A stretch of 64,000 nt of DNA from IMG/VR virus record IMGVR_UViG_3300045988_011398; one strand, given 5' to 3'. Origin of the DNA: a virus. The translations under genes and the position numbers were made by a program. Positions 22,278 through 32,600 of the stretch are shown piece after piece. The notes below the pieces were generated by a model. It had not been told where the DNA came from. It did not search any database and saw only the letters and a program-made list of their open reading frames with translations. Position 1 is the stretch's first letter. The number at the start of each line of letters is the position of its first letter.

Positions 22278-22309
22278 CAAAGGTAAGTAATTATATTGAG
22301 ATTACCAAC
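22278..22309 (-). promoter_or_regulatory. Bacteroidota-type promoter (GTTG-N20-TACCTTTG)
   Basis: Minus-strand read: gttg, 20 nt, tacctttg. Located just upstream of the ATG at 22259. Confidence 0.65.
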
Positions 22310-22316
22310 CCTTTAT

Positions 22317-22361
22317 GTAAAAAAGTAAGGGTGAGCAAATGAAATTATTTACTCACCCTTA
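22317..22361 (-). terminator. intrinsic terminator after the 1582-aa gene
   Basis: Stem taagggtgag / ctcaccctta with an imperfect extension. The minus strand continues acttttttac. Confidence 0.7.
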
Positions 22362-22367
22362 AATATA

Positions 22368-25300
22368 CTATTCAAAATAGTGTACTATCATATCATGAAG
22401 CACAGTCTTATTTGTATTCTCACCTTCCATTGACAACTTAATATATAGCCAAGGGTTCCTCATTCTATCCCTACCATTAGTGCTGGCTCTTGGTATATTA
22501 GCTCTCCATATTCTGAACTTCTTCTTTAACTCAGAAGGTCTTCCAAGTATGTTATTGAGAGTTGCAGTACCAGTTTGGTACTCATTCCAAGTAGTCAAAG
22601 TATCAAATGTAGTATTAAGTAAAGTACTTCCATTCCATGAATCTGCCCTAAATTCAATATTATTGAATATCTTGTCCTCTGGCATATCAGGGTTAGCTAT
22701 CACAGTAGTATAAAATGGTTGGTACTTATTGAAGAACATATTGTAATTGCCTTCATTATGCAACCATGCTTTATATATTGTACCCCCCTTAGCAGTGTTA
22801 AGAGCTATTCCTCTATCTTCAAGATTGATAAAATATGGCATGTGCTCATAACTATAGAATGAGGTAAACTGAGCAACAGGCTCAGAAAATGCAAGACACT
22901 CATCTTTTGATATAAAGAACACATCTCCATTTACCTTATCATAGTAAGTTACAAACCCATTGAAATCTACAGGGTTCCAAATATTAATACCAGTAGATTT
23001 AGCATTTATCCATGAGTGGAATCCTAATCTATCAGATAGATTATCTAATTTACCATTAAATAGGAATATACCCTTAGTAGTATCATCTATAAAGTAAATG
23101 CCATTAGAGGTTTCACACATTGACCATTTATTAGCACATCCTATCTTATCTGATAAATATCTCTTACCATTGACTTTACCACTGTTAGCTATCTCAATAG
23201 GAACTCCTTCAGTTGAAGTAATCTGCATATTTTCATTGTACAGAATCTGACTTATGCCTCTATCTTGAAAAGCAATGAGAGTATTATTAAATCTTCTTAT
23301 TGCTCTCACATCTCCCTTGTCTCCATCAAGGTCAAGAGTAGATGCTAATGTGATATTAGTCCATGTGTCAATTAATTCTCCAGCAGTCTTGGTCTTAGTC
23401 CATGTGATTGAGTTGTGGAAATTATCCAGATTCAATTTATTTGGATTGACTGTTCTGTAATTGAAGAAATTATTCTGTTGGCTATATACATCATTCATCA
23501 AGTTGAAGTTAGTAGGAGTTACAGCAAAGTTATTTGTCTGTCCTCTATTCCTATCATATCTTCCATCAATGTTTACTCTTGTTTCACACATGAATGATAC
23601 AATATCAGTAATGGCATTCTGGTCTTCAAGAGTAAATGGATAGGTCTTCAGGTGGTCATATCTCTGATAATATGTGTCTCCCTCAGTCCATGTTATAGCA
23701 ACACTACTCTTAACACCATTAGTGTCATTTATTAATGACACAGGGTCTCCACATGGAAGCCATTGATTATTTTCAAATGCTTCCTCAGTCTGACCTCCGA
23801 ACCTGTTAGTAACCTCTGGATTGTATATCTCACCTAACCACAACCACCCATATTCAATAGAATATCCATTGAATGAGCCATTTAGATTAGATAGTGGAAT
23901 ATCAAGAATACTCTGATAAGTACCTGCACATACCTTATTCTTATCCCAAAAGGCATGTTGTCCAGATGATATGCTTCCAGCAACATTTACATTCCATAAT
24001 TCTGTAGTAGAAGGGTATGATATGTCACCATCTTTAATGGTTGGTAAAATACATTGGTAGTGGTTCTCAGTAAAATTCAAAGCAATGACAGCATGAGGAG
24101 TTGATTTGTACTTCATTCTAACAGGGTCTACACCAGTAACTTGGTCTGTAAATCTACCATCAATCTGTATATAATTACCACTGAATAAGGAGTGTGCATT
24201 AGTGTCAGCATTCTGTACTCCAGTAGTCATTATAGGGTATCCTTCTTTCTTATCTCCTATTCTTGATATATTGATAATTTTATCTACATTACCATAGTAG
24301 TTTATATCCCCTAATCCAGAGTTCTTTTGGGCAGGCAGTCTTACAAGTGAGACTTCATCAGAATCAAACACTACAATACCTGACACACCTGTCTTATATC
24401 CACTTCCCTCTCTATAGAAATTATATACACTTCCTGAGTCCAAGAAATAAGTATTGTAAGAAAATCTCATATTTGAAATCTTCTTTTTATCAAGCATAGC
24501 AGGTCTGTATCCATCTGTAGCCCATTTCTTATTATTCAAAGAACCATTTCTGTGGAATGGATATACAACAAATCCTGTTGTATAGTGGTTTGAGTTTCCT
24601 GTATCTTTCTTGTAATCAGATAATTCATCAAACCAGAATCCACCAGACATCAATCCTCTCCATCCAAATCTTGATATATTCTCAGAACTTACAGGCTCTT
24701 TGTAGAATCCCGGAGCTACCTCACTACTATCATAGTAGTTGTTAGCTGGTGTGGAGGTTTGAATATCAATATCTCCAATGAATGCTGTAAGTGGAACCAT
24801 TCCTACAATCCTTAATTGCAGTCCTGAGGTATCTATACTTCTTACATTATTATCAAACTCTATATCTGGAGAGTGTAATGTAACAATAGATTGGTCTATA
24901 TAGAAATTCTCAGCATTTTGAGATACCCAAGCATTTACATCTGCTTCAGATGCAGTATCTGATACACTTGGCTTGCTTGGTGGATTCCATATACATTGTA
25001 TTTCAGCATTTCTTTCACTATTTGAAGGTATTGGGTGTAGGTGTCTGAACTCAGCCCAAGCTCCTTTATTTGGCAATTCCATTATAAATGGAGTGCCATC
25101 ATAATTCACATTGGTTCTGCTATTACTCATTACTCCTGCTCTTGAATTAGGAGTAGGGTCATGTAGTGGACCATTTTCTCTATCCCACCAGTCACCACCC
25201 CATTTTCCTGAAGAGTCCTGAGTATAGTGGTGAGCCTTATATTCATCAAATGGAGCATTTGCCCTTATAAACCAAGATGATTGGGCAAATGGGGAATTAC

Positions 25301-27116
25301 CTTGTCTATCCCCTACATTAAATACAGTAGGACATAGAATACCCTGACATATACACTCTCTATCAGTTAGAGAGGGATATACTACTACAGGTCTTACTCT
25401 TATGTATCCCTGATTGACCAATCTATTTATTATAGATTTATCACTCAGTGTATAAGATGCAACAGGCAGATACACACTTGAACCACTTATATAACTACAT
25501 TGAACATGTTGTGTATTCCTTACATCATTAATCCATATTGGTTCTGACCACTTTCCACTTACATGCTGGAACTGAACACCAAACCTATATGTCTCCAAAT
25601 ATTTGAAAGTCTTAATCTTGTATGAGTTAAGCTTTAATTGGTTATCATAAGGATAATATCCCAATGGCTGTGGTGGGGTTAGATATTTTGTTGGGTAGCC
25701 TACACTTGTAAATGTAACTGTCTTACCTCTGAAGAAGTTTCTTACTGTACTGTCTATCAACTTTCTCTTCAAAGTTATGTCACCTAAGAACAATGTATTA
25801 TCTTTTTGAGCCATTGTTCCAAATACCACTTCTTCTCCTCCAACATACAGTAATTCCGTAGGGTCTATAGTATCTCCTGATGTTCCATTGTCTGTATAAG
25901 ATACTTTGCCCTTTGTATATAGATAAGTAGTCATCTCTGTTCTATCTGTGTAATATATAATCGCAGTACCTCTACTTGTTACACTTATATACGCAGTTTT
26001 ACTTCCATTTATATACATATAATCTCTATCTGGAAATCTAATGTATCTATAAGCAGAGCCTGCAAGATTCCAAGAATTTACAGAAGGGGAAGTTGAGTCT
26101 GGTGTTATTGATGATAGTGGAACATATGCACCTTGTGATATGTTATATACTTCAATATTATCAGCAATAGCATACTTATTCCATTCTGTCATAGAATATG
26201 TAGTAGCTCCAGCAGGAGGAGCCAAATCTACCACTCTTTTAACTGTAGGCACAGCATCTATTGAAGTCCTGTATATTGAGTATATCCTTATATAGTCAAA
26301 ACTTTTATCAACATTATCTATTACAATACTGAAGCTATTTCCAACTTTATCTTCTGGACTTGCCCCTCTATTATTGTAAGATATATAGTATAATGGGGAT
26401 GTATAAAATATATTACTCTCCTGTCCATATTTATCAAAATATGTAAAAGCATATTGTATAACTCCCGGACTGAATGTACCATTTGCCACAATATTTCTAT
26501 CTATTGTAATAGTCTCTTGCAGCTTTAGTTTTCTTGTAAAGTTAAATGAGTTATCATTCCATTTACTAATCACATCTGAAGCTGCTGCAACATTAATAAC
26601 TCTTGGTTGATTAAGCCCATCTGTCCAATATATCTTTTTTATTTCTTGGTTTTCATAGAAGGATATAGTCTCAATAGGGTATCTGTAATCAAAGTCAAGC
26701 TGACCTCTATATATTCTTGTGCCAGATAAAGTAGTGCCATTGAACCATAGCTTATATATTCTGTCATCTATGTCACTATCTATATCAATAGTAAACTCCT
26801 CACTTGTAATATTATCAACTGTATCAACAGTTGGAGTAATATCTTCTACTGTCCTTGCAGTGTCATCCCCAGCAGTGAATATGATAAGCTCATCATCTAT
26901 TAGGGCTTGTCCAATAGGTATTCCCTTCAAAGAACTGCCAATACCACTTATATTTGCAAGTTTATTACCCTTTTCATTTACTATACTAAGCAGAGTACTC
27001 TCATCAGTAGGCATAATTCTGACATTCTTATTCTCATAAGCATACTCAGGATTAAATGCTGAGGCACTCAAGTCTCTCTGCATTCCTTTCACTTTGAATT
27101 GAATTTGCTTCTGCAT
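22368..27116 (-). CDS. very large tail-associated structural protein (1582 aa), function unassigned
   Basis: Uninterrupted ORF with an ATG start, located in the late block downstream of small structural ORFs. Its size and position fit the big tail proteins of crAss-like phages. No motif proof. Confidence 0.55.
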   Translation of the reverse strand: MQKQIQFKVKGMQRDLSASAFNPEYAYENKNVRIMPTDESTLLSIVNEKGNKLANISGIGSSLKGIPIGQALIDDELIIFTAGDDTARTVEDITPTVDTVDNITSEEFTIDIDSDIDDRIYKLWFNGTTLSGTRIYRGQLDFDYRYPIETISFYENQEIKKIYWTDGLNQPRVINVAAASDVISKWNDNSFNFTRKLKLQETITIDRNIVANGTFSPGVIQYAFTYFDKYGQESNIFYTSPLYYISYNNRGASPEDKVGNSFSIVIDNVDKSFDYIRIYSIYRTSIDAVPTVKRVVDLAPPAGATTYSMTEWNKYAIADNIEVYNISQGAYVPLSSITPDSTSPSVNSWNLAGSAYRYIRFPDRDYMYINGSKTAYISVTSRGTAIIYYTDRTEMTTYLYTKGKVSYTDNGTSGDTIDPTELLYVGGEEVVFGTMAQKDNTLFLGDITLKRKLIDSTVRNFFRGKTVTFTSVGYPTKYLTPPQPLGYYPYDNQLKLNSYKIKTFKYLETYRFGVQFQHVSGKWSEPIWINDVRNTQHVQCSYISGSSVYLPVASYTLSDKSIINRLVNQGYIRVRPVVVYPSLTDRECICQGILCPTVFNVGDRQGNSPFAQSSWFIRANAPFDEYKAHHYTQDSSGKWGGDWWDRENGPLHDPTPNSRAGVMSNSRTNVNYDGTPFIMELPNKGAWAEFRHLHPIPSNSERNAEIQCIWNPPSKPSVSDTASEADVNAWVSQNAENFYIDQSIVTLHSPDIEFDNNVRSIDTSGLQLRIVGMVPLTAFIGDIDIQTSTPANNYYDSSEVAPGFYKEPVSSENISRFGWRGLMSGGFWFDELSDYKKDTGNSNHYTTGFVVYPFHRNGSLNNKKWATDGYRPAMLDKKKISNMRFSYNTYFLDSGSVYNFYREGSGYKTGVSGIVVFDSDEVSLVRLPAQKNSGLGDINYYGNVDKIINISRIGDKKEGYPIMTTGVQNADTNAHSLFSGNYIQIDGRFTDQVTGVDPVRMKYKSTPHAVIALNFTENHYQCILPTIKDGDISYPSTTELWNVNVAGSISSGQHAFWDKNKVCAGTYQSILDIPLSNLNGSFNGYSIEYGWLWLGEIYNPEVTNRFGGQTEEAFENNQWLPCGDPVSLINDTNGVKSSVAITWTEGDTYYQRYDHLKTYPFTLEDQNAITDIVSFMCETRVNIDGRYDRNRGQTNNFAVTPTNFNLMNDVYSQQNNFFNYRTVNPNKLNLDNFHNSITWTKTKTAGELIDTWTNITLASTLDLDGDKGDVRAIRRFNNTLIAFQDRGISQILYNENMQITSTEGVPIEIANSGKVNGKRYLSDKIGCANKWSMCETSNGIYFIDDTTKGIFLFNGKLDNLSDRLGFHSWINAKSTGINIWNPVDFNGFVTYYDKVNGDVFFISKDECLAFSEPVAQFTSFYSYEHMPYFINLEDRGIALNTAKGGTIYKAWLHNEGNYNMFFNKYQPFYTTVIANPDMPEDKIFNNIEFRADSWNGSTLLNTTFDTLTTWNEYQTGTATLNNILGRPSELKKKFRIWRANIPRASTNGRDRMRNPWLYIKLSMEGENTNKTVLHDMIVHYFE

Positions 27117-27119
27117 AGC

Positions 27120-27812
27120 TTATTGTAATTTTAATCTTTCCTTTGTACCATTGTTTCTGAACCCTGTTCTGTGTTCAGTATCTCTAAGTAATAGAGTCCT
27201 CCATGAATTATAGAATGACTCTGCCTTGTCAATAGACAATCTATTAAATTCAGTCTGGCAATCACCAACTGCCCAAGCATACTCCTGTTGCACATTCTGT
27301 AACACAGCAGGATTTATCTTTCCTAAATCAAACAGTATTGTGAACCACTGTTTCTTAATATACAGCTCCAATGCTCTTGTGAAACTACTATTGTCAGGAA
27401 GAAGAGGATAGCCTTCTGAGTCTGTAGCAATAGCTTCATAGGACAGCTCAATCTCTCCCTTTTCAATAGAAGTGTATATCATATTGCCTTGAATCTTATA
27501 TGTCAAATCAGCAAGTTCTCTGCCACAATTACCCTTACATTCACTCATATGAAATGAGTCTGAAGAATATCTAAAGGCTGGTCCACCTGCTTTTCTGACT
27601 TGAATCATCTGATAGTAATCACAAGGAAGCATGGCTCTATACTTTTCAACTTCTACTATCTCTGTTTTCTCCATGAACATATTAGGAACACCTACTATTC
27701 TCATGAAATCTACAGTATAGTCAATAGCAGTCTCAAGAGATATATCCTGCATAAGAGGATGTCTCATTATCTTATCCAAGATAAGTCTTACATTTGTATA
27801 TTGTTCTGCCAT
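27120..27812 (-). CDS. uncharacterised structural-module protein (230 aa)
   Basis: ATG start. The stop lies 3 nt before the next gene's ATG. Confidence 0.55.
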   Translation of the reverse strand: MAEQYTNVRLILDKIMRHPLMQDISLETAIDYTVDFMRIVGVPNMFMEKTEIVEVEKYRAMLPCDYYQMIQVRKAGGPAFRYSSDSFHMSECKGNCGRELADLTYKIQGNMIYTSIEKGEIELSYEAIATDSEGYPLLPDNSSFTRALELYIKKQWFTILFDLGKINPAVLQNVQQEYAWAVGDCQTEFNRLSIDKAESFYNSWRTLLLRDTEHRTGFRNNGTKERLKLQ

Positions 27813-27823
27813 ATTTGAATAGT

Positions 27824-28390
27824 TTATATTGTGAAAGCATCTAACTTTCCTTCTTTAATATTCTGTTTTAATCTTCTCTTTAACTCTCTATTAACATCAA
27901 ATTGATAGAAAGTCTTGTTAGTAAACTCTGCTACATTTCTATTGTAGTAGACTTTATATATCTCTTTCTCCTCGACTTTAATGAGTGTTTTATTCTTATA
28001 GGATTCCTCGTCTTCATACCAGAGCTTGAGAGTCCTATCCCAATCAATGGGCAAATTAGTTCTGATTTTCTTACCATGTACAGTTATTCTTGCTTCATAT
28101 TTTCTTATCTCAAGTCTACCCAGTCTATGTGGCAAAGTAATATCTTCTCCATTTATTAATGCTTCACCAAGCAATTCATTTACTCTTCTAATAATAGAGA
28201 AGTATTGTGACTCAGTAAGTACATACTTATGCTCTTTAGGTCTATTCTTTCTGTAGTACTTAAAACCATCATAGACTCCATAAGAGTTCTTCACTTTATG
28301 TGTTCTTGGTTCATTAACCCTCTTAATAGAATTAATGAACCCCAAGAACCCTTTATCTAACTCTTCCTGACAATGTTTTATCTCTCCCAT
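27824..28390 (-). CDS. HU/IHF-like DNA-binding fold candidate (188 aa)
   Basis: DITLPHRLGRLEIRKYEARITVHGKKIRTNLPIDW resembles the beta-arm segment of HU/IHF (GFGxFxVxxRxARxGRNPxTGexIxI). An IHF-like gene inside the structural block is typical of crAss-like phages. Confidence 0.4.
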   Translation of the reverse strand: MGEIKHCQEELDKGFLGFINSIKRVNEPRTHKVKNSYGVYDGFKYYRKNRPKEHKYVLTESQYFSIIRRVNELLGEALINGEDITLPHRLGRLEIRKYEARITVHGKKIRTNLPIDWDRTLKLWYEDEESYKNKTLIKVEEKEIYKVYYNRNVAEFTNKTFYQFDVNRELKRRLKQNIKEGKLDAFTI

Positions 28391-28396
28391 ATTTCA

Positions 28397-29089
28397 TTAT
28401 TTCCTTGTCAGCTTATTCACCAAATCATCTTTAGCATTATTTTCCTCATCATCAGGCTTATAAACTGGTCCAGCAAGCTCCTTTACTACAAGCTCAATTA
28501 ATGGTGGAACCAGTGCATCCTCAATAGGGAATGTCCTGTCTACAGGGTCACATATAGTCTCACCATTATCATCTGGGCATTGTAAATCAGATGCTTGCAT
28601 AGAGTCCTGAAATATACCTGTAAACTTGGCTTTCTCAAGATACAGATATTGGGGATTGAATGACTTGAAATACAGGTAATTATCAGGTCCTATTGAACAA
28701 TATATTATATTCTGTAGGAACTTATTGTAACCTACATATCTCATTCTATCTCTACTTACATAGGTAATTTCCCCTTGATAGTAGTCAAGAGGATATACTC
28801 TTGGAGTACCTATCTGCATTAAGAATGGAATCTTCTCCTTACTTCTTAGGTATGTACCCCCCTCACAAGGTTCTCCTGATATGGCAGGTACTTGTATAAG
28901 GTCAAGGCAAATAGTCTGATAATTACTCTCAGGTATCTGCTTCTTAATATCTGAGTACCTCTGCTTCAATAGGAAAGTTCTGTACTTATTTAGTAGAAAC
29001 ATTACATGGTCTTCAGTGAATTGTGCATCATCAGATGACAGTTTCAATTCATCAAGTACCATATAGGTTAATTCTTTATATGTGCTCAT
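28397..29089 (-). CDS. uncharacterised structural-module protein (230 aa)
   Basis: ATG start about 37 nt downstream of the promoter at 29126-29157. Confidence 0.55.
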   Translation of the reverse strand: MSTYKELTYMVLDELKLSSDDAQFTEDHVMFLLNKYRTFLLKQRYSDIKKQIPESNYQTICLDLIQVPAISGEPCEGGTYLRSKEKIPFLMQIGTPRVYPLDYYQGEITYVSRDRMRYVGYNKFLQNIIYCSIGPDNYLYFKSFNPQYLYLEKAKFTGIFQDSMQASDLQCPDDNGETICDPVDRTFPIEDALVPPLIELVVKELAGPVYKPDDEENNAKDDLVNKLTRK

Positions 29090-29125
29090 ATCTTTACTAT
29101 TAGTTATAACTAAAAATCCTCACTG

Positions 29126-29157
29126 CAAAGATAAGCAAAATATATCTAAGCAGCAAG
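29126..29157 (-). promoter_or_regulatory. Bacteroidota-type promoter (CTTG-N20-TATCTTTG)
   Basis: Minus-strand read: cttg, 20 nt, tatctttgca. Lies in the intergenic gap 29090-29196. Confidence 0.7.
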
Positions 29158-29196
29158 GATTTTACTATTTTTCTGTCAGTAGTATTAGTTTAATTG

Positions 29197-29463
29197 TTAT
29201 ACAGTTCTACCACTACAGGTTACAGAGGCATTTGATATATACTCTGGATAAGGTATTAAGCAAGTAGAACCATATAGACAATATAGTGACTTATGAATGG
29301 TCATATACTCCTCTTCAGTTATAAATGACTTGCAGTCACTATCCAATAGCTCTTGTATGAATATAAGCATTAGAAGTCTATCAACATCTGCATAACTCTT
29401 ATATCCAAACTTTGACAAGGCATTGAAATACCTTTCAAGTGATGTATTAACCAATTCCTCCAT
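29197..29463 (-). CDS. small uncharacterised protein (88 aa from the ATG)
   Basis: The track start at 29472 is GTG. The first ATG (MEELVNTS) is at 29463. Overlaps the upstream gene's end by 17 nt. Confidence 0.45.
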   Translation of the reverse strand: MEELVNTSLERYFNALSKFGYKSYADVDRLLMLIFIQELLDSDCKSFITEEEYMTIHKSLYCLYGSTCLIPYPEYISNASVTCSGRTV

Positions 29464-30010
29464 AACAACCACATTTACTTGTTACCACATCCTTTTTAAG
29501 ACCTCTGAAGAACTTCTCCCAATACTTTATTGCTTGGGTATAATGACCTGTTCTAACTGCAAGTTGAAGTGCTTTCAACTGTAATATGAAATTGATGAAT
29601 CCTTTAGGAGTGGCACACTCTTTTTCCAATTCCTTGATATAACCAAAGGCTTGTTGGTACAAAGGATATAGTGCTATCACAACCCCAAGGGTTAGTATAT
29701 TATCTTCACCACAAGGTGTACTTATAGCAGGTGTACCCTTTGTTTTAACCCATACAAAGAACATGTTGTCAAGAAGAGATGGTAATAGGTCTCCTATCCC
29801 AAGTTCTAATCTTACAGTTTTATTATCTCCTGCAAGTGTGTTTGTGTATGCTACATTACTACTTGGACCACTATCAATAAAAGTATCTTGAGTGTCTATT
29901 GATATAGTATCAATGTACACATTTTCATAGTACACAGAGCCCTTTACAGATACATCAATTATAAGCTTAGTGCCTTCAGGATTGATTCTTAACTCATTAA
30001 ATTGTACCAT
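29447..30010 (-). CDS. uncharacterised structural-module protein (187 aa)
   Basis: ATG start immediately after the terminator at 30021-30056. Confidence 0.5.
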   Translation of the reverse strand: MVQFNELRINPEGTKLIIDVSVKGSVYYENVYIDTISIDTQDTFIDSGPSSNVAYTNTLAGDNKTVRLELGIGDLLPSLLDNMFFVWVKTKGTPAISTPCGEDNILTLGVVIALYPLYQQAFGYIKELEKECATPKGFINFILQLKALQLAVRTGHYTQAIKYWEKFFRGLKKDVVTSKCGCYGGIG

Positions 30011-30020
30011 AGTATCTTAT

Positions 30021-30056
30021 TTATAAAATAAAAGGGAGACTTTGTAGGTCTCCCTT
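30021..30056 (-). terminator. intrinsic terminator after the 349-aa gene
   Basis: 9-bp stem aagggagac / gtctccctt with loop tttgtag. The minus strand continues ttattttataa. Confidence 0.75.
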
Positions 30057-30070
30057 CATTGGTTTTATCT

Positions 30071-31120
30071 TTAGTCACCAGCAGAAGCATCCAATGCTTT
30101 AATTGATAGACCAGTAGCAGTGTTGATTGCTGAAATAATGTCATTAGCCAGATTGTTGCTTGCTTGATTATTAGCACCAATCTTAGGAACTACAATAGTA
30201 ATATCCTTCTCTGACTTCTGAACTGACTCATTAGGACCTACATAGGCATAATGAATATCAATAACATTGTACTTGCTATCAGGATTAACAAGATACTTGG
30301 TTCTGATTACATTAGGGAATCCTACCATTCTGTAAACATCACCTCTTTCACCCATGCAGAAGTACTCAAGGTCTGCAATCTTGTGACCATCAGGAATGCT
30401 GCTTGTAGAAGCAACTTGCTTTACAGTACCCCAGATTCTCTCATCACCATTAGCAGTGATTGTGTCAGGCTGTAGTGTAAAATTCACAGGAGTCTGTTCC
30501 ATTACACCAAGAATCCACTCTTGAGGTGCTTCCTCAATTACAATACCAGTATAAGTACCAGTCAAAGTACTTTCCTTAGTATCTTTAGTTACCTCTGTAG
30601 GTGTACCTGCTACAGTACCTGCATCTGTACCTCCTGTTTCAAGATAGAACTTCAATAGACCTTCCTCTTCTCTGCTGAAGTTCTTTACTAAAGATAGAGC
30701 AAGAGTCTTGTAGAAATCTGAAGCAGTCATACCTGCAACTGCATGAACCATACCATACTTGAAGTATTGGTCTTCCTCTGACAAGCCAATGTAGTTTCTG
30801 AAAGCAATTCTCAAGATGTAATCTTGACCTGCTACAGGAGCCCCACCATTGACACTTGCATCAAGAGTTAACTTGTACTTAGCTAAGTCATGTGCCAAGT
30901 CATCAGCATCAGTTGCCTTTGCATACAAGATGTTCTTGATGTCAATCAAATCACTTCTTGTCATGCCACCAGCACCCATATACTCAAAGTACAGATGAGT
31001 CTTAGCTGTATCAGCCTTTACTGCAATAGAGCCTGCTGCATCAGTTGTAATCACATTAGGAGTTTTTAATGCTTCTGCTACATAAAGCTGTCTTACTTGA
31101 TTTGTACTAAATGTTGCCAT
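30071..31120 (-). CDS. abundant virion protein candidate (349 aa)
   Basis: ATG start (MATFSTNQ), an Ala/Gly/Thr-rich balanced sequence, and its own strong terminator directly downstream, as expected for a highly expressed structural gene. Confidence 0.5.
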   Translation of the reverse strand: MATFSTNQVRQLYVAEALKTPNVITTDAAGSIAVKADTAKTHLYFEYMGAGGMTRSDLIDIKNILYAKATDADDLAHDLAKYKLTLDASVNGGAPVAGQDYILRIAFRNYIGLSEEDQYFKYGMVHAVAGMTASDFYKTLALSLVKNFSREEEGLLKFYLETGGTDAGTVAGTPTEVTKDTKESTLTGTYTGIVIEEAPQEWILGVMEQTPVNFTLQPDTITANGDERIWGTVKQVASTSSIPDGHKIADLEYFCMGERGDVYRMVGFPNVIRTKYLVNPDSKYNVIDIHYAYVGPNESVQKSEKDITIVVPKIGANNQASNNLANDIISAINTATGLSIKALDASAGD

Positions 31121-31152
31121 TTTAATTTAATATTAAATTATACAATTGTTTG

Positions 31153-31863
31153 TTACTTACCTGCACTTGGAGCTTTACTGAGGATAGCCAATTTGACTGC
31201 CTTTTCAAGTATTGCCCTGTGTATTACAGGATTCAATTTACATTCTGTTTTCTCACTTATCTTATTGATAGATAAGTTATCAGGTAAATCAGTCAGTATA
31301 ATAGGGTCAGGTCTTGCAATGTATCTCACAAGATACCTGTCTATATTATACTCTGATACTATTTCTACTATCCCATTACCATTGTCCAATCTTAATGCTC
31401 TTCTCTTATTTGAGCCTCTAAAAGGATTACCAGATATTCTGAAATAGTCATCTTGTGAAATAGGTATCACTGATATTTCCTCTCCATTCATACATCCTAA
31501 TCTACTATCTTCAAGACCAGCAGATTCATAAGTGATGAACCATAAGTCTTCAGGTAGTTCAAAGAATATAGAAGTCTTGGATAGTCCTACATAACCTGTT
31601 TTCTTTTCAGTAGTAGTATAAGTCTTAATCAAATCACTCAAGTATCTTCTGACTTCCTCAGTCTTCTCAAATGAGTCTCCAAGTGGATTCTTACCACTAT
31701 AAAGGTCAATGACTATTTCCTCCTGTGCCTTTGTCAAGAACACTGACTTCTCATATTCATCAAGTTCAATAGTAGAGGGATTTTCTCCTTTGCCAAACTT
31801 ATCAATTACTGAATAACTGTTCAGTAAAGTGTCAAACTCATTAGAAAATTCTTCAGTTGTCAT
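31153..31863 (-). CDS. structural-module protein, paralogue B (236 aa)
   Basis: Shares MTTEEFSNEFD, LDEYEKSVFLTKAQ, RYxxRPxPIILTxL and TECxLxPxxH with the adjacent 243-aa ORF. Its start overlaps the upstream stop (TAATG). Confidence 0.6.
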   Translation of the reverse strand: MTTEEFSNEFDTLLNSYSVIDKFGKGENPSTIELDEYEKSVFLTKAQEEIVIDLYSGKNPLGDSFEKTEEVRRYLSDLIKTYTTTEKKTGYVGLSKTSIFFELPEDLWFITYESAGLEDSRLGCMNGEEISVIPISQDDYFRISGNPFRGSNKRRALRLDNGNGIVEIVSEYNIDRYLVRYIARPDPIILTDLPDNLSINKISEKTECKLNPVIHRAILEKAVKLAILSKAPSAGK

Positions 31864-32594
31864 TATTCACTTCTTTGACCAAGTTCTACTATGTTCTTTA
31901 TATCACCAGTATATGCTGCCTTAGCAAGTTCCACTGCTCTCTGTAGTATCTCTGGATGAAGAATTGGGTCTAACTCACATTCTGTAACAGTAGTCAATCC
32001 TTCAATACTTACATTTGAATAAGTATCTGCAAGATTAGTCAATATAATTGGCTTAGGTCTCCTTACATATCTTACTTTATAATCAGTAAGAGTACTGCCT
32101 GTCTTGACAATTATCTCTGAAATAAAGTCTACACCACCAGTAGATTGGAATAATCTCCAGCCTTGATTCTTCAAAGGCTGCTTATATGGTTTTGACATTA
32201 TCCTTGAATACTCATCAAAGTTAATAGGAACTATATTTATTAACCTGTTTACTCCATCAACAGTATTAAGAGCAGTCTCATTCAACACAAACAGAATATC
32301 ACTTGGCATTTGAAATAACTGACTTCTGTCATCAAACTTAACATAAGAGCTGCCTACATAAGTAGCTGGCTTCACTGCCTTAATGAGAGTAGAAAAGTCT
32401 ATCTGTCTTTTCTCACTATCATCAAATCCTTCTTGGTATTTATTGCCCTTTGGATTGAAGTAGTTCTTCAATATCTCACTTTGGGCTTTTGTAAGAAAGA
32501 CTGACTTTTCATACTCATCAAGACCCGGAGCTTGATTGCTCATTATATTATTGTACAGAACATCAAATTCATTTGAAAATTCCTGTGTTGTCAT
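31863..32594 (-). CDS. structural-module protein, paralogue A (243 aa)
   Basis: Tandem paralogue of 31153-31863 (see the motifs listed there). ATG start. Confidence 0.6.
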   Translation of the reverse strand: MTTQEFSNEFDVLYNNIMSNQAPGLDEYEKSVFLTKAQSEILKNYFNPKGNKYQEGFDDSEKRQIDFSTLIKAVKPATYVGSSYVKFDDRSQLFQMPSDILFVLNETALNTVDGVNRLINIVPINFDEYSRIMSKPYKQPLKNQGWRLFQSTGGVDFISEIIVKTGSTLTDYKVRYVRRPKPIILTNLADTYSNVSIEGLTTVTECELDPILHPEILQRAVELAKAAYTGDIKNIVELGQRSE

Positions 32595-32600
32595 ATTCTC

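Noticed and set aside
29989-30180. 63-aa minus-strand ORF bridging the 349-aa and 187-aa genes.
   Set aside because: It is out of frame with, and overlaps, the 3-prime end of the 349-aa gene, the terminator hairpin and the next start, so it is not plausible as a gene.
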